Below are positions 62,650 to 64,000 of a DNA stretch of 64,000 nt, one piece after another. This DNA is from Takakia lepidozioides. Its lineage: Eukaryota; Plantae; Bryophyta. The notes beneath the pieces were generated by a model that made no database searches, was not told where the DNA came from, and saw only the letters and a program-made list of their open reading frames with translations. The stretch lies in the NCBI GenBank assembly GCA_030704615.1, contig CM060734.1:2542001-2606000 (forward strand), in the 5' to 3' direction. Numbering within the stretch: position 1 is the first letter of the stretch; every line of letters begins with the position of its first letter. Made by a program: the position numbers and the translations under genes.

Positions 62650-63990
62650 AAGTGGGAGGGGACTCACATACTCCGTGTATGGGAGGATGGACGAATGAGG
62701 ATTGTGCCTCACCCAACACAACGAGCGCGATTGGTACGCCATGCCCATAAGAAGTTGGGACATTTTGGGGTGCAGCGCACTCATAGTTTGCTGCAAGGGC
62801 AGTATTGGTGGCGGGGCATGCACACAGATGTGCAACAGTTAGTGGCAAGGTGCATGGTGTGTGATATGGTGCGTGCTTCCTTCAATGCACCTACTCCACA
62901 GTTGCATCCATTACCCATTATGGGATTGGGTTATCGGTGGAATCTTGACTTCGCAGGCCCATTGCCACTAACGATGCGCCACAACAAGTATGCGCTGGTG
63001 ATGGTGGAACACTTCTCCAAATGGATTGAGCTGGTGGCATTGCCTGACAAGGCAAGTGAGGGCGCTGCGTATGCATTTTTAGATTGAGTGCTTAGCCAAT
63101 TTGGTGCTCCAGCCGAGGTACTCACAGATCAAGGCAGAGAATTCATATGAGAGTTTCAGGCTTTGTGCATGAGCAAACCTTGATAGATCACCGCACTACT
63201 TCTCGGGATCATCCCGAGATTGATGGCTTGGCGGAGAAAGTTGTTCAAATAGTCAAGAGGGGTTTATGCAAGTATGGTTTGCAGAAGGGACACCTGAGAG
63301 ATTTGGACCTTCAGTTGCCTTGGTTGGCTATGGGCTATAGGTTCAGCAAACAAGCGTCACTTGCCTCCTTCTCATCTTACTTTTTTCTCTTCGGCTGAGA
63401 GCCAGATTTGCCTGCATCTATTCGCAGGGAGGCTGCAGTAGTCCTCAACCTTGATGATCCGGATGTGTGGACACAAGCATGTGACCAACGGGCAAAGTTG
63501 TTCAAAAGAGTCATGCCTATGGCTTTTGAGAATCTTGCTATTGCCCAACACCGAGACACATTGAGGTATGTCGCTATACGTGGAGGAGGGTATCGGCCAA
63601 TAATTCGGCGTTTCCACCCTAGGGACTATGTGTATCTACAGCAGACAGTGCATACGACCTTGGATGTCACAGCAGGACGTGTGATTCTCAAGGTCAGGGA
63701 GGTGTTCCTTTTGGAGTGTTGATTCTGGAGGGTCGAGATGGCATGGTATGGAAGGACCATGTGCGCAATTGTGCGCCATGTCACCTTCCACATGTGCATG
63801 GGAGGATAGACCTCAACCTTGAAGTGGTACTTGCAGGGTTGCGTTGCATACTATGTGGGCATGCTAGTGGTGCCGCAACCATGTTGGTGTGTAATTAATG
63901 CTCAAGGGGGTGACACATGGGATGCTGGATACCGCCACTTGAGGAGGTTTCTAGCGGAGAATGGTTGTGTCCACGATACCTTGGACAGAG
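62650..63990 (+). mobile_element. Decayed Ty3/Gypsy integrase with C-terminal PHD finger
   Basis: AH..LGHFG..YWWRGM..CMVC, RWNLDFAGP, LTDQG, HPEIDGLAE, then CILC..MLVCN*CSRG*HMGC.IPPL..V..GEWLCP. Confidence 0.88.
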
Positions 63991-64000
63991 GTAGTGGGGC

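Overview
Repeat-rich eukaryotic DNA from a land plant, probably a non-seed plant (inferred from the PPR remnants, CURT1 and TE types). The only clearly intact host gene is a 6-exon CURT1 (thylakoid curvature) gene on the minus strand (23360-34778). Its 9.7-kb third intron holds a head-to-tail array of four copies of one LINE, all joined at the same TCTTACCA motif. The main finding is a complete 11.3-kb Mutator-like DNA transposon (38791-50101) with imperfect ~180-210-bp TIRs and an exact 13-bp TSD. It carries two divergent genes: a WRKY/GCM-like-DDE-SWIM transposase and an apparently intact 9-exon gene encoding a ParB-like domain fused to a prokaryotic-type beta-class amino (N6A/N4C) DNA methyltransferase-like domain. 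It is inserted in intron 6 of the same cargo gene of an older, decayed relative. Each element carries its own array of intronic palindromes with a shared CG(T/G)CAACG core, resembling cognate binding sites. More MTase and SWIM remnants of the family lie at 6.6-8.8 kb and 18.9-19.4 kb. The window also has three Ty3/Gypsy fragments (one with a long accessory ORF, one with an integrase-PHD fusion), PPR pseudogene fragments, and a decayed element with 2A-like motifs and a captured DEAH-helicase fragment. All domain calls come from motif recognition by eye; no database search was run.
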